Shown here: positions 40,380 to 51,950 of the stretch, one piece after another
How the letters are laid out: the number at the start of each line of letters is the position of its first letter
Numbering within the stretch: the stretch's first letter is position 1
Assembly: GCF_902459465.1 (NCBI RefSeq)
Contig: NC_047076.1
Location: forward strand, 9,176,001 to 9,240,000
Reading direction: 5' to 3'
Source: Asterias rubens
Taxonomy: Eukaryota
Length of the DNA stretch: 64,000 bases
The notes under the pieces: model-generated
Databases searched by the model: none
What the model was told of the DNA's origin: nothing
What the model saw: only the letters and a program-made list of their open reading frames with translations
Made by a program: the position numbers and the translations under genes

Positions 40380-41480
40380 TCTTGGCCTATTTATGCTTGG
40401 TTGAATTAATGTGTTCTTTAAAAACAGAGTCTAATCCATCGAAAGTTCTTTAATCGTGAGGAAGAAATCTTCCTTATTATTTCCCCCGAGTTCTTCCGAA
40501 TGTGTGTAGGCTACTGAGGGTAAAACCTATTAGTGTAATGCATTAGTTAGTTATTTATTTATTTATTTATTTTAAATCTTCAGACATACACAATCTTCAG
40601 ACATACACAACAAGTTGGACAGGGGCTGTCAAGGTTAAACAAAAGTATAGCAACTGTCATCAAGAGATGTGTAAAACCAGACCCCTGCCAACGATACAAA
40701 TATAACTATTATAATAAGGAGATTGCACTGAAACATTTACAAATCACACATCAGAAAACATTAAAACAAAAGCTAATCCAGATTATTAAAAAAAAGCACC
40801 CACAACAAAACACCGTAACAACAGGAGGCAGGGACAACAATTATAATTCTTGTCAATATGTCTGTTTCACTAACTTTCCACTTTAGTGTAGATTCATAAC
40901 AAAGTGTAGATTTGTAAAAAATAATCTACACTTTCAACAATTGAGTGACGTCACAGAAATAGTTTAAGTCCATTTCACGGTACTATGTTCTTTAAAAACA
41001 GATTCTAGCCCATAAGATCTTTAAATGTGAAAAAGAGACTTCCTTGTTTCCTTGAGTTCTTCCCAATGAGTGTACGTAGGCTACTTAGGGTTAAACCCAT
41101 AGTGTAGTGCAGGAGTAATTTCCTTTTTCATTGTGCTTGTTTCACTGACTGTATTCTATAAAAACAGATTCTAACCCATCCATGAAAAAGTTATTCTTTC
41201 CCAAAGTGTGCACTGAGTGTATTTAAAAACCTATAGTATAGTGCAGGAGTTATGATTCTCTTTTTCACAAAGCTTCTGTTTCCTATTGTTATTATATTTT
41301 TATTGGAAAGTGAAATCAAATGTAAAGTTTCACTACGCCTATTTCACTTACTGTATTTTATAAAAACAGATTCTAAACTATCCAAAGTTCTTTAATCTTG
41401 AGAAAGAAAACTTCTCCTTTCGTCCCAAGAGTTCTATCTAATAGTGTAAATGCAGAATATCTCTTTCATCATCTGAAAGT
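40380..41480 (+). repeat. Degenerate dispersed-tandem repeat (about 4 copies)
   Basis: AAAAACAGA(G/T)TCTA..GTTCTTTAATC..GAGTTCT..AGTGTA motif recurs near 40420, 40995, 41160 and 41365. Confidence 0.5.
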
Positions 41481-41607
41481 TTCAGCTGAATACAGTGTCT
41501 ATTTGTTGAAAAAACTGGGGGAAAACTGTTATAGTATTTTCATAAATAGAATGTTGAATTCAGCCAAGTTTAGCAATGTGACAGTGGGTACCAACTTCAT
41601 CTCTGGC

Positions 41608-42009
41608 TTAAAGAAACACGTTGCCTTGGATCGGTCGAGTTGGTCTTTGTAAAGCGTTTTGTGACTGTTTGTTATAAAATGCATATATGGTTAGAAAGAT
41701 GATGTAAAAGTAGAATACAATGATCCACACAAATATGCCTCGAAATTGTGTGGTTTTCTTTTTACCTCTTCCAATAACACGGTCGGCCATTTATTGGCAA
41801 AAATTTTGACTCCCATAAATGGCCGACCGTGATAGTTCGCGACGTAAAAAGAAAACCGTGCAACTTTGAGCAATACTTGTGTGGATCATTATATTCTACT
41901 TTTAAAACATCTTTCTAACCATATACATTGTGTATACATTTCATAACAAACTGTTTCAAACGCTTTTTATAGACCAACTCGTCCGATCCGAGGCAACGTG
42001 TTCCTTTAA
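41608..42009. mobile_element. Kolobok-like MITE, family B (second copy at about 30295-30660)
   Basis: TTAA-AGAAACACGTTGCCTTGGATCGGTCGAGTTGGTC...GACCAACTCGTCCGATCCGAGGCAACGTGTTCCT-TTAA. Confidence 0.85.
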
Positions 42010-43400
42010 GCATGAATTAATGGAGGGTAGCATTACCTAAATGGACACCAGGGAAAGTTGAATTGCCAAAATATGCCTGGTGCCAATTGTAAAAGATTTA
42101 TCATTGTTCAACATAGTCCTATTGATATTTTAATCAACACTCAACAGGGGCACTTGCGCATCCAAGCATCGATGGTTGGTTCGATACTTCTTTGTCCTGT
42201 TTGCATTTTCCTTTCCATTTTCTACTGTAACAAATTTTGACACATTTTTTATTAATAAGTGATCAGCTTTGAAAGCATACATATTAAGTTAATATGCTGG
42301 TAACTTTTTTCACGCGCAGACAATAGTTGTAACACAAAAACTTCAAATGGGGGGGGGGTGAGCGTTGAAAAATCTCACGCAAAGCTGGCGTCTGGACTTT
42401 GCATCTCTGTAATGTGTCCATATGATCAATTTATCACTAAAATAAATGGTGCTTAAAAAGGGTTAAGGACATGAAATAGTTGTAGATAATTCTTAAAAAG
42501 AAAAAGTATTTTCACAACAGAACAATTGAACCATGGAATCCATGAAGATTTATTCATGAAGGTAGAAATGAATATTTAAGCAGATTAAATTTATCTTTTC
42601 TAAAACAAACTGAAAGGTGGATTTAATCTTTGGTATAAATGCCTAGACTTTTGACCCTAGCAGGGTCTCTCAAAGGTTGAACTGAAAAAACAACAATCAA
42701 TAGAAAACTGCTCTCATTTTTGTTCACATCCTTGTGCATGAAATAGTCGTAAAGTGTCTGCCTATAGGGGAACAGGTCATTGCTCATGTGCTTCAGTTGT
42801 CATTGCCCACACGTGAACCTTTGTGGTTTTGATCACAATCATCACAGTAGGCTCAGGATATTTACACAAAGCTTTGTAATTGATAATATAAAGTATGATC
42901 ACATGATGCTTTTAGTTTAGCTGTGCACCTGAACTCACTAAGGGGAGTAACCTTGTCCTACAGCACTTCATTTTCATTTCCTCATTCAAAGGCAGAGCAC
43001 TGTTTTGGTTTGTGGGAGAGTCTTGGTATTTGCGTGTAGCATTTGGTGTAAGTTTTGAATGTGTCTTTTTGTTCCATAGTCTACACTAGTTTTTTTACAA
43101 GCTGGGAACTGTACAACTAAATTGTGTATCACAGCAACTATATTTTAACAAGTATTTTTACTTATGTCTTGTGTGTACCAACTTATTTATAAGGCTGTTT
43201 TTAGTTTATTATTTAACAATTTTGATAGCTAGTTCAAACTGTAAGCAGGTGCCTATTTGAACAATAATGTGCATATGAATTTTTTTTTTTCTTTTTTTTT
43301 TTCACTTTTACCTTGATCATTTTGTACTGGTTTGATCAGGTCTGGTCAGTAATGGTGTATTTTTTTGATTGCCTTCTTTCAGATACCACCCGGATTCAAG

Positions 43401-43463
43401 ATGAAGACTGCCGTGCTAGCTGGTGTCCTGCTGGTGCTGGTACACGCTGCATACAGCCAAGAG
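43401..43463 (+). CDS. GRN: Progranulin signal-peptide exon (MKTAVLAGVLLVLVHAAYSQE)
   Basis: Acceptor at 43381-43382, 18-nt UTR, ATG at 43401, hydrophobic core, phase-0 donor GAG|GTACAT. Confidence 0.85.
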
Positions 43464-43879
43464 GTACATGTTCAAACACTTTCTTACCCCCCCCCCCCCC
43501 CTTTATCAAGAAGAAGATGCCTTCGTGCCCTTACCCTTTCAAAAAGCGTACAAGCCTGTACTTCAATTTCTTTTCCAAAATTTTAAATTCTTTCTAGACT
43601 TACCCTCGTAGCTGCAGCCCACCTGCCCTCAAACCTCCTCCCTTTAATATTAATACCCCCTTCCCCCAGTCCTAAAAAATGCGCAAGGTTTGCCCTTTAC
43701 TTTTTTGCAGTGACTGCCCAACAGGGCAGCCTGTCCACTTACTCAAATGAAATAGTTTTTTTTTTCAACACTGAACTAGCCAGCTGGAGACTGCTTGGGG
43801 TGAATTGTAAACTTGTCCTTGCTTCTTGGCCAGCGGACCACTGTCCCCCTGACCATTAATTCTTGTCATTTTGTACCAG

Positions 43880-43981
43880 GTTAAAAATGTTATCTGCCCT
43901 GGTAGTGCAAGCCAGTGTCCTGATGGAAACACCTGCTGCAAGCTAGCGTCTGGTGAGTGGGGTTGCTGCCCCATCCCAAAT
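43880..43981 (+). CDS. GRN: Granulin module 1, N-half exon (VKNVICPGSASQCPDGNTCCKLASGEWGCCPIPN)
   Basis: C-C-CC-CC pattern, AG/GT borders, 102 nt, phase 0. Confidence 0.95.
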
Positions 43982-44707
43982 GTGAGTGTGAAAGACCATT
44001 TCCTCTAATAATATTAATGTTGGGGTGATCATAAATAAGTGTGGAGAATGGGATTTGAACTGGTGACCTCCAGATTAACAGGCTAGTCTTGTAAAGATTA
44101 ATCTTGTCCAATTTACATTTTGAGTTCCCCCAAATTCGACCCCTTATCCTGGTTCTAGTGAGTTTGGGAATATTTTTATAGCCCTGCATAATGTCTAACA
44201 CCATGATAACTTTACACCAAAACTGCTGGACTCTGATTATGGTATGCCTGATTCCATGTACATTGTACATGTACATGTAAAGCATGATCAGATTCGTACG
44301 TACATGTAGTCTAGTGCAGTCTTCAATCCAGCAGAATCAAACAGAACATCCCGTTTGATGTTGATGGATTGCGTTTTTTTCTTTCTTTTCTTTGGGCACT
44401 AACCCCCCCCCCCCCACCAAAAAAAAAGAAAAGATTGCAAGACAATCACGAAAAAGGAAAATAAATGATATGTTTTGGATATGGGTAAGAAAACTTAGCT
44501 GAAAATACCCCAATGAAATTTCCGTTAGAGAAATTTTCCTCAAGAGAAACTTCAATTTACTGTTTCATTTCAGTTTTAGGGTTTTTTGTTGTGCAGTTGA
44601 TCCTGATCGCATTAGAGAAAACCTGTGTGCCAACCATTTTTTGGGAAATAATTGTATTCACTCGAGTAACAGGCAACTCTAATGACTGTACTTTTGGCTT
44701 TTTTTAG

Positions 44708-44836
44708 GCGGTGTGCTGCAGTGACCACACCCACTGCTGTCCCAACGGCTACACCTGTGACACTTCACAAGGAACCTGCACCAAAGGAGATATGACCCTC
44801 CCATGGGAGACAAAGAACGTCGCCCAACCAATCAAG
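44708..44836 (+). CDS. GRN: Granulin module 1, C-half exon ([43 protein letters not shown])
   Basis: CC-CC-C-C pattern, 129 nt, phase 0. Confidence 0.95.
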
Positions 44837-45309
44837 GTAAAACTTACAACTCTTTCAAGATGCTGTCCAAAGCATTTTTTTTCTTCAGCCAATGCTCTTC
44901 AACCATTGGTTCTTTTCGGAACCATCACTACTCAAAAGAAATTAACCCATGGTGCTACCGCAAACCTCACCTAAAACAATGTTCTTCTGTTTCAAGCTTC
45001 CAACTTTTCAGCAGATGTCCACCTTGTTCTTGAATATTTGTTAGGGTCATAGAGAACTGGAAAACATTAGAGTGTGGTTATCCACTTCCGTTGTGCAGAT
45101 AGAAAGCTTTCCACTTTGTTCTATGCTGTACCTACCGACAGACTTCTCTACCCCCTCCTCTCCCCCGTCACACCCCACTCCTACCCCAGATGTTCCAGAC
45201 AAACATCCAAGTAAATGGGTTTTTGCCCAGAACTTTCGCATTGTGAAGCACCAACAGTTTAGAGTTCTTCTTTTTTAATTCTGTTTATATTTTAATCAAT
45301 ATCTTCCAG

Positions 45310-45411
45310 GTTGAAGCTGTTATCTGCCCTGGTGGTACAAGCCAGTGTCCAACTGGTACTACCTGCTGCAAGCTAGCGTCTGGTGCCTGGGGTTGCTGCC
45401 CTTTCCCTAGG
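45310..45411 (+). CDS. GRN: Granulin module 2, N-half exon (VEAVICPGGTSQCPTGTTCCKLASGAWGCCPFPR)
   Basis: 102 nt, CAG|...|GTAAGT. Confidence 0.93.
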
Positions 45412-45615
45412 GTAAGTTACCGTTTACAGGATTCGAACCCTCCCATGTATGTAATTGTGAGTGAAAGCAAGTCAAAATCTCAGTTTGTATTGTTTATTTG
45501 TTTATTTGTTTGTTGTTTAGGGTCCTCGTTTGTTAAATACACAGGATGAATCAAAAGTTTTGTAGTAATTTGTCCTGGGTATTGAAGTTGCCTTTGGTTT
45601 ATTTGTATCATAAAG

Positions 45616-45744
45616 GCGGTATGCTGCAGTGACCACACCCATTGCTGTCAAAGAGGCTACATCTGCAACGTCGCACAAGGAACCTGCACCAAAGGAGCCT
45701 TGACCCTCCCATGGGAGACAAAGAACGTCGCTCGACCAATTGAG
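45616..45744 (+). CDS. GRN: Granulin module 2, C-half exon ([43 protein letters not shown])
   Basis: 129 nt, AAG|...|GTAAAT. Confidence 0.93.
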
Positions 45745-46171
45745 GTAAATCAATCGAAAGTCTTAAGTTGCATACATTCTAATTAATTTTGTCACAGTGT
45801 TTTCTACATGTATGTCAGTCACAGCATTATTTGTTTGATTGTGAAACATCAAAAGTTAGGAAGAAGTTAGGAAGAAGTTTTTTAACAGATTGTTACGACG
45901 TCCACTCCTTTTGAACACAGTTTCAGCCCGTCCCGCTTATATATTTTTTTTTCAGAACAAAGTGAGCCATGTTTGGTGTGATGGGCTTGAATTAAGTTCT
46001 AAATCAGAGTTTGAGAATCTTTTGTTTTCTTACTGTCTCTGTAACTGGTCTCGATAGGGTGACATACTGCCCAGAACTTTTGTTTCACTTTGTGAAGCAT
46101 CCACACGTCAGAGTTCTCCCAAAACTCCTGTTTTTTTTAATTGTGTTTATGTTTTAATCAATGTCTTCCAG

Positions 46172-46273
46172 GTTGAAGCTGTTATCTGCCCTGGTGGTAC
46201 AAGCCAGTGTCCAACTGGTACTACCTGCTGCAAGCTAGCGTCTGGTGCCTGGGGTTGCTGCCCTTTCCCTAGG
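46172..46273 (+). CDS. GRN: Granulin module 3, N-half exon
   Basis: Copy of 45310-45411 at an 862-bp period. Confidence 0.92.
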
Positions 46274-46477
46274 GTAAGTTACCGTTTACAGGATTCGAAC
46301 CCTCCCATGTATGTAATTGTGAGTGGAGGCAAGTCAAAATCTCAGTTTGTATTGTTTATTTGTTTATTTGTTTGTTGTTTAGGGTCCTCGTTTGTTAAAT
46401 ACACAGGATGAATCAAAAGTTTTGTAGTAATTTGTCCTGGGTATTGAAGTTGCCTTTGGTTTATTTGTATCATAAAG

Positions 46478-46606
46478 GCGGTATGCTGCAGTGACCACAC
46501 CCATTGCTGTCAAAGAGGCTACATCTGCAACGTCGCACAAGGAACCTGCACCAAAGGAGCCTTGACCCTCCCATGGGAGACAAAGAACGTCGCTCGACCA
46601 ATTGAG
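46478..46606 (+). CDS. GRN: Granulin module 3, C-half exon
   Basis: Copy of 45616-45744. Confidence 0.92.
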
Positions 46607-47045
46607 GTAAATCAATCGAAGTTCTTAAGTTGCATACATTCTAATTAATTTTGTCACAGTGTTTTCTACACGTATGTCAGTCACAGCATTATTTGTTTGA
46701 TTGTGAAACATCAAAAAGTTAGGAAGAAGTTAGAAAGAAGTTTTTTAACAGATTGTTGACAGTTGCTACGACGTCCACTCCTTTTGAACACAGTTTCAGC
46801 CCGTCCCGCTTATATATTTTTTTTTCAGAACAAAGTGAGCCATGTTTGGTGTGATGGGCTTTAATTAAGTTACAAATCAGAGTTTGAGAATCTTTTGTTT
46901 TCTTACTGTCTCTGTAACTGGTGTCGATAGGGTGACATACTGCCCAGAACTTTTTGTTTCACTTTGTGAAGCATCCACACTTCAGAGTTCTCCCAAAACT
47001 CCTGTTTTTTTTTATTGTGTTTATGTTTTAATCAATATCTTCCAG

Positions 47046-47147
47046 GTTGAAGCTGTTATCTGCCCTGGTGGTACAAGCCAGTGTCCAACTGGTACTACCT
47101 GCTGCAAGCTAGCGTCTGGTGCCTGGGGTTGCTGCCCTTTCCCTAAG
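47046..47147 (+). CDS. GRN: Granulin module 4, N-half exon (ends PFPK)
   Basis: 102 nt, intact splice sites. Confidence 0.92.
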
Positions 47148-47329
47148 GTAAGTTACCGTTTACAGGATTCGAACCCTCCCATGATTTTTGAGTGGAGGCT
47201 AGTCAAAATCTCAGTTTGTATTGTTTATTTGTTTATTTGTTTGTTGTTTAGGGTCCTCGTTTGTTAAAGACACATTGATGAAGCAAATTTTTTGATTGAA
47301 GTTACCTTTGGTTTATTTGTATCATAAAG

Positions 47330-47458
47330 GCGGTATGCTGCAGTGACCACACCCATTGCTGTCAAAATGGCTACATCTGCAACGTCGCACAAGGAACCTG
47401 CACCAAAGGAGCCTTGACCCTCCCATGGGAGACAAAGAACGTCGCTCGACCAATTGAG
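47330..47458 (+). CDS. GRN: Granulin module 4, C-half exon (CCQNGY variant)
   Basis: 129 nt, intact splice sites. Confidence 0.92.
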
Positions 47459-47847
47459 GTAAATCAATTGAAGTTCTTAAGTTGCATACATTCTAATTAA
47501 TTTTGTCACAGTGTTTTCTACATGTATGTCAGTCACAGCATTATTTGTTTGATTGTGAAACATTAAAATGATAGGAAGAAGTTAGGAAGAAGTTTTTTAA
47601 CAGATTGTTGACAGTTGCTACGACGTCCACTCCTTTTGAACACAGTTTCAGTCCTCCCGCTTATTTATTTTTTTTCAGAACAAAGTGAGCCATGTTTGGT
47701 GTGATGGGCTTGAATTAAGTTACAAATTAGAGTTTGAGAATCTTTTGTTTTCCTACTGTTTCTATAAGTGGTCTCGATAGGGTGAAAAAAGTTAGGAAGA
47801 AGTTAGGAAGAAGTTTTTTAACAGATTGTTGACAGTGGCTACGACGT

Positions 47848-48252
47848 TAATCGGCGATATCACGATATTATCGAATATCGCGGGTTTAATTTGGAAACGA
47901 TTTCTATATCGGATGGATTTGGTTTTAATCGAAATATCGATATGTCGCGATATATCACGATAATCGCGATATATCGCGATATATCACGATAATCGCGATA
48001 TATCGCGATATCGATTAAATATCGCGATGTATTTGCTAGCTGAGACATCTTGCACCCCAAAGGTTTGGAGTAAAACCAGAAGAATAGGTCAATAGAACAC
48101 CTCTCTTATGCTATGACTGTCTCTTCTACAACTTTCACTTGGAGTTTGAAAACTGATGATGTCAAATTTAATTAATCGCGATTATATCGAATATCGCGAT
48201 ATATTGTCGGCGATATATCGTGAATAAAATAAATCGATATCGCCGAAGCTTA
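47848..48252. mobile_element. 405-bp MITE with TIR (TAAGC)TTCGGCGATATC and internal CGATAT-rich repeats
   Basis: Absent from sister intron copies (empty site ...CTACGACGTCCACTCC); flanks ACGT (47844) and ACGC (48253). Confidence 0.8.
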
Positions 48253-48479
48253 ACGCCCACTCCTTTTGAACACAGTTTCAGCCCGTCCCGCTTATTTATT
48301 ATTTTTCAGAACAAAGTGAGCCATGTTTGGTGTGATGGGCTTGAATTAAGTTACAAATCAGAGTTTGAGAATCTTTTGTTTTCTTACTGTCTCTGTAACT
48401 GGTCTCTATAGGGTGACATACTGCCCAGAACTTTTGTTTCGCTTTGTGAAGCACCCACACTTCAGAGTTCTCCCAAAAC

Positions 48480-50052
48480 CAGGCCTCGACCTCTACAGCG
48501 GCCACCAGCGGCCATTGCCGCGATTGCCGCGATGCCCCAGCGAATTGCCGTGAAGCCCTTTTACAAATCACGTACCCTTTTCCATTGATTCCATAAAATT
48601 ATTTATTCGAAAATGTTATTTAATGTTAACATTGTGACCCATTTAATTTATATGGAGGTACAATTCGGAACATACGACGATCCCGCACACTACTAGTTTT
48701 CACAATGCTGCTTCTGTGCAATAAAAAATGTGTCGAGAACGTGGCATGGTAACCATATCAAACGTAGTTGAGCTGTTTACTACTAATAACGCAGCACCAG
48801 ACTACTCCAATGTATAAACTCGCTACAAGTCCCTACGCTAAATTACTCATTTTCGCACTGATTTTGTCTACTGAGATCTGTATTTGTAGCGGATGGGGCG
48901 GGGGAGGCGTGCGGCCAGGGGCTGGATACAGTCTATGTTTTTCCCCATGCTACTTCGCTGGTGTCCAAGGCTTGTACTGGATTCTTGTTTGAGACCCACC
49001 ACTACCAGTGATCTGCCTGCCTTGCTTGCGACTTTGTTTTTCATTGCCAAACACATGTTTGTGTACACACAACAAGCGTGGAATTGTAAAACGTCAAAAT
49101 CGGATTATATGGAGGTAACGGCAGAGCCCTAATTTTGAAAATCTTCATACTCCATCAAGTTCATTATTGATTAATCAGCTTGCCATCCCACAAAAGATGC
49201 AAAAATAAGAAGGAAGGCGAAAGGGCTGGAGTGGCAGCAAAGTGCCAACTTTAGAAGCATTTTTTAATTAGGTGCGTTTGTTTACATTTTTATAGTATTT
49301 ATTTAGCGCAGTCTAGACTCTAGCGTGGCATAAACGCGCATGCATAATACAACTTACAAGTTTAGCTAAATGCAAGGCCAATTATTTTGTGCTAAGGGGT
49401 TGGGGGTTTCGCTTTTAATTTTCATAATCATATTTATATAAAAAAAAGAAGGAAACAAAAAGAAACAAATATTTTTCCAAATCATCGGATTTAGCTGAGC
49501 CTCCGGGTTGTTGGTGGGTTGTTGGCGTGGGGTGGGTGGGGCTCGTTTGTCTCGCAGAGTTGGGGTAGTGGTGAGCCAGAGACTTATTGACCTTTTTTCT
49601 TTAGATTAGCACGCAGGGAATTAATTTTCTGTATGATTTTTTTTAAACAATTCTTTGTACTGGAGCAATGATATGTTTTCAGATGAGCAGAAGGAAGTTA
49701 AATTAAGTCGAAGAAAAAGGGGAGGGGGGTAAAATGGGGTAAGTTAATTACTGGGGTAATAGTTTTCAATTCGAGTGCTGCAAAAAAACTGTAAATAATT
49801 CAGAAACAAATATTTTAAAACTTTTATTCAATTTCAGTTGCACAGCATGTTAACAGCGACAATGAAATAAATATGGGTTGGAAAGTTGACCACCATCTTG
49901 TAATCAGTGGAAAGTATAATAACATAATCATCAACAAATAAAGGATTGAAAATGGCCTTGGTGCCCTTTCAGATGGCCTTGGTGCCCCTTTCCTTTTTAG
50001 AGCTTTTGAGGCCAAGTGGGCTTGCCCCTCTGAAGCTAAAGGTTGAGGCCTG
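48480..50052. mobile_element. 1573-bp non-autonomous hAT-like DNA transposon
   Basis: TIR CAGGCCTC(G/A)ACCT(C/T)TA; CAAAAC duplicated at 48474-48479 and 50053-50058; the empty site is visible in sister units; no transposase ORF. Confidence 0.8.
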
Positions 50053-50102
50053 CAAAACTCCTGTTTTTTAATTCGGTTTATATTTTAATCAATATCTTCC
50101 AG

Positions 50103-50204
50103 GTTGAAGCTGTTATCTGCCCTGGTGGTACAAGCCAGTGTCCAACTGGTACTACCTGCTGCAAGCTAGCGTCTGGTGCCTGGGGTTGCTGCCCTTTCCC
50201 TAGG
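50103..50204 (+). CDS. GRN: Granulin module 5, N-half exon (ends PFPR)
   Basis: 102 nt, intact splice sites. Confidence 0.92.
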
Positions 50205-50391
50205 GTAAGTTACCGTTTACAGGATTCGAACCCTCCCATGTATGTAATTGTGAGTGGAGGCAAGTCAAAATCTCAGTTTGTATTGTTTATTTGTTTATTT
50301 GTTTGTTGTTTAGGGTCCTCGTTTGTCAAAGACACATTGATGAAGCAAATTTTTTTATTGAAGTAACCTTTGGTTTATTTGTATCATAAAG

Positions 50392-50520
50392 GCGGTATGC
50401 TGCAGTGACCACACCCATTGCTGTCAAAATGGCTACATCTGCAACGTTGCACAAGGAACCTGCACCAAAGGAGCCTTGACCCTCCCATGGGAGACAAAGA
50501 ACGTCGCTCGACCAATTGAG
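50392..50520 (+). CDS. GRN: Granulin module 5, C-half exon (CCQNGY variant)
   Basis: 129 nt, intact splice sites. Confidence 0.92.
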
Positions 50521-50959
50521 GTAAATCAATCGAAGTTCTTAAGTTGCATACATTCTAATTAATTTTGTCACAGTGTTTTCTACATGTATGTCAGTCACAG
50601 CATTATTTGTTTGATTGTGAAACATTAAAAAGATAGGAAGAAGTTGGGAAGAATTTGTTTAACAGATTGTTGACAGTTGCTACGACGTCCACTCCTTTTG
50701 AACACAGTTTCAGCCCGTCCCGCTTATTATTTTTTTTTTCAGAACAAAGTGAGCCATGTTTGGTGTGATTGGCTTGAATTAAGTTCTTAATCAGAGTTTG
50801 AGAATCTTTTGTTTTCCTACTGTCTCTGTTACTGATCTCGATAGGGTGACATACTGCCCAGAACTTGTTGCTTCGCTTTGTGAAGCATCCACACGTCAGA
50901 GTTCTCCCAAAACTCCTGTTTTTTTTAATTGTGTTTATGTTTTAATCAATGTCTTCCAG

Positions 50960-51061
50960 GTTGAAGCTGTTATCTGCCCTGGTGGTACAAGCCAGTGTCC
51001 AACTGGTACTACCTGCTGCAAGCTAGCGTCTGGTGCCTGGGGTTGCTGCCCTTTCCCTAAG
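50960..51061 (+). CDS. GRN: Granulin module 6, N-half exon (ends PFPK)
   Basis: 102 nt, intact splice sites. Confidence 0.92.
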
Positions 51062-51338
51062 GTAAGTTACCGTTTACAGGATTCGAACCCTTCCATGTAT
51101 GTTATTGTGAGTGGAGGTAAAAATCTCAGTTTGTATTGTTGATTTGTTTGTTTTGTTTGGTTGGTTGGTTGGTTGGTTGTAAGTTGTTTGTTTGTGTGTT
51201 TGTTTGTTTGTTTGTTTGTTTAGGGTCCTCGTTTGTTGAAGAAACTTTAGAATGAAGCAAAAGTTTTGTAGTAACTTGTCTTTTGTGAAATGATGTCACG
51301 GTTATTGAAGTTACCTTTGGTTTATTTGTATCATAAAG

Positions 51339-51467
51339 GCGGTATGCTGCAGTGACCACACCCATTGCTGTCAAAGAGGCTACATCTGCAACGTCGCTCA
51401 AGGAACCTGCACCAAAGGAGCCCTGACCCTACCATGGGCATCAAAGAGTGTCGCTCGACCAATTGAG
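51339..51467 (+). CDS. GRN: Granulin module 6, C-half exon (CCQRGY...LPWASKSVARPIE)
   Basis: 129 nt, intact splice sites. Confidence 0.92.
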
Positions 51468-51950
51468 GTAAATTATTCAACTGTTTTTGCGTACATGCTC
51501 ATTATTCGGCTTTCAGTGTTTTCTATGTCAGTGAGAGCATTAATTTGTTTGGTTGTGATAACCAACATTAAGAAGGTTTAAGTTAGGAGGTAGTGCATTC
51601 TGCTCTACCAGCTAGGCTTCTAGTGGAAGATACTCATGCCTACATCCTTCATGTCTTAATGGATTGTGAAGGGGGTGTTCCCTTTTGCAGCCCTAGGATA
51701 AGGTTGCGCCATATCGCTGGTGGCAGGTGATTTGGGTCGACAGCCAATAAGCTAAGTGTAGTGCTCACTTTGTGATGTAAGTCGATATCTTAGACAGTTA
51801 GAAAAAAAATACATACAACAAATCTTGGGAGTACCATGTATGCGAGCTATCAAACATCGCAGGTTCTTACAATTACTATTGTTGAGAAAATAGAATTAGC
51901 TGTTGCAAACAACTTACCAACCAAATGGACCGAGAGTATAAATGCAAAAA

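Larger units (their letters stand above)
45050..51480 (+). repeat. Intragenic tandem array of about 860-bp granulin exon-pair units (5 copies), including near-identical introns
   Basis: Exon starts at 45310, 46172, 47046, 50103 and 50960; intron sequence is repeated almost verbatim; one intron is expanded by two TE insertions. Confidence 0.95.

Noticed and set aside
45517-51401. Repeated minus-strand ORFs (MIYLNWSSDV..., MSDVADV...)
   Set aside because: Antisense shadows of the granulin exons
45050-51480. Regular repeats as a CRISPR array or satellite
   Set aside because: Eukaryotic context, about 860-bp units containing spliced exons, no unique spacers
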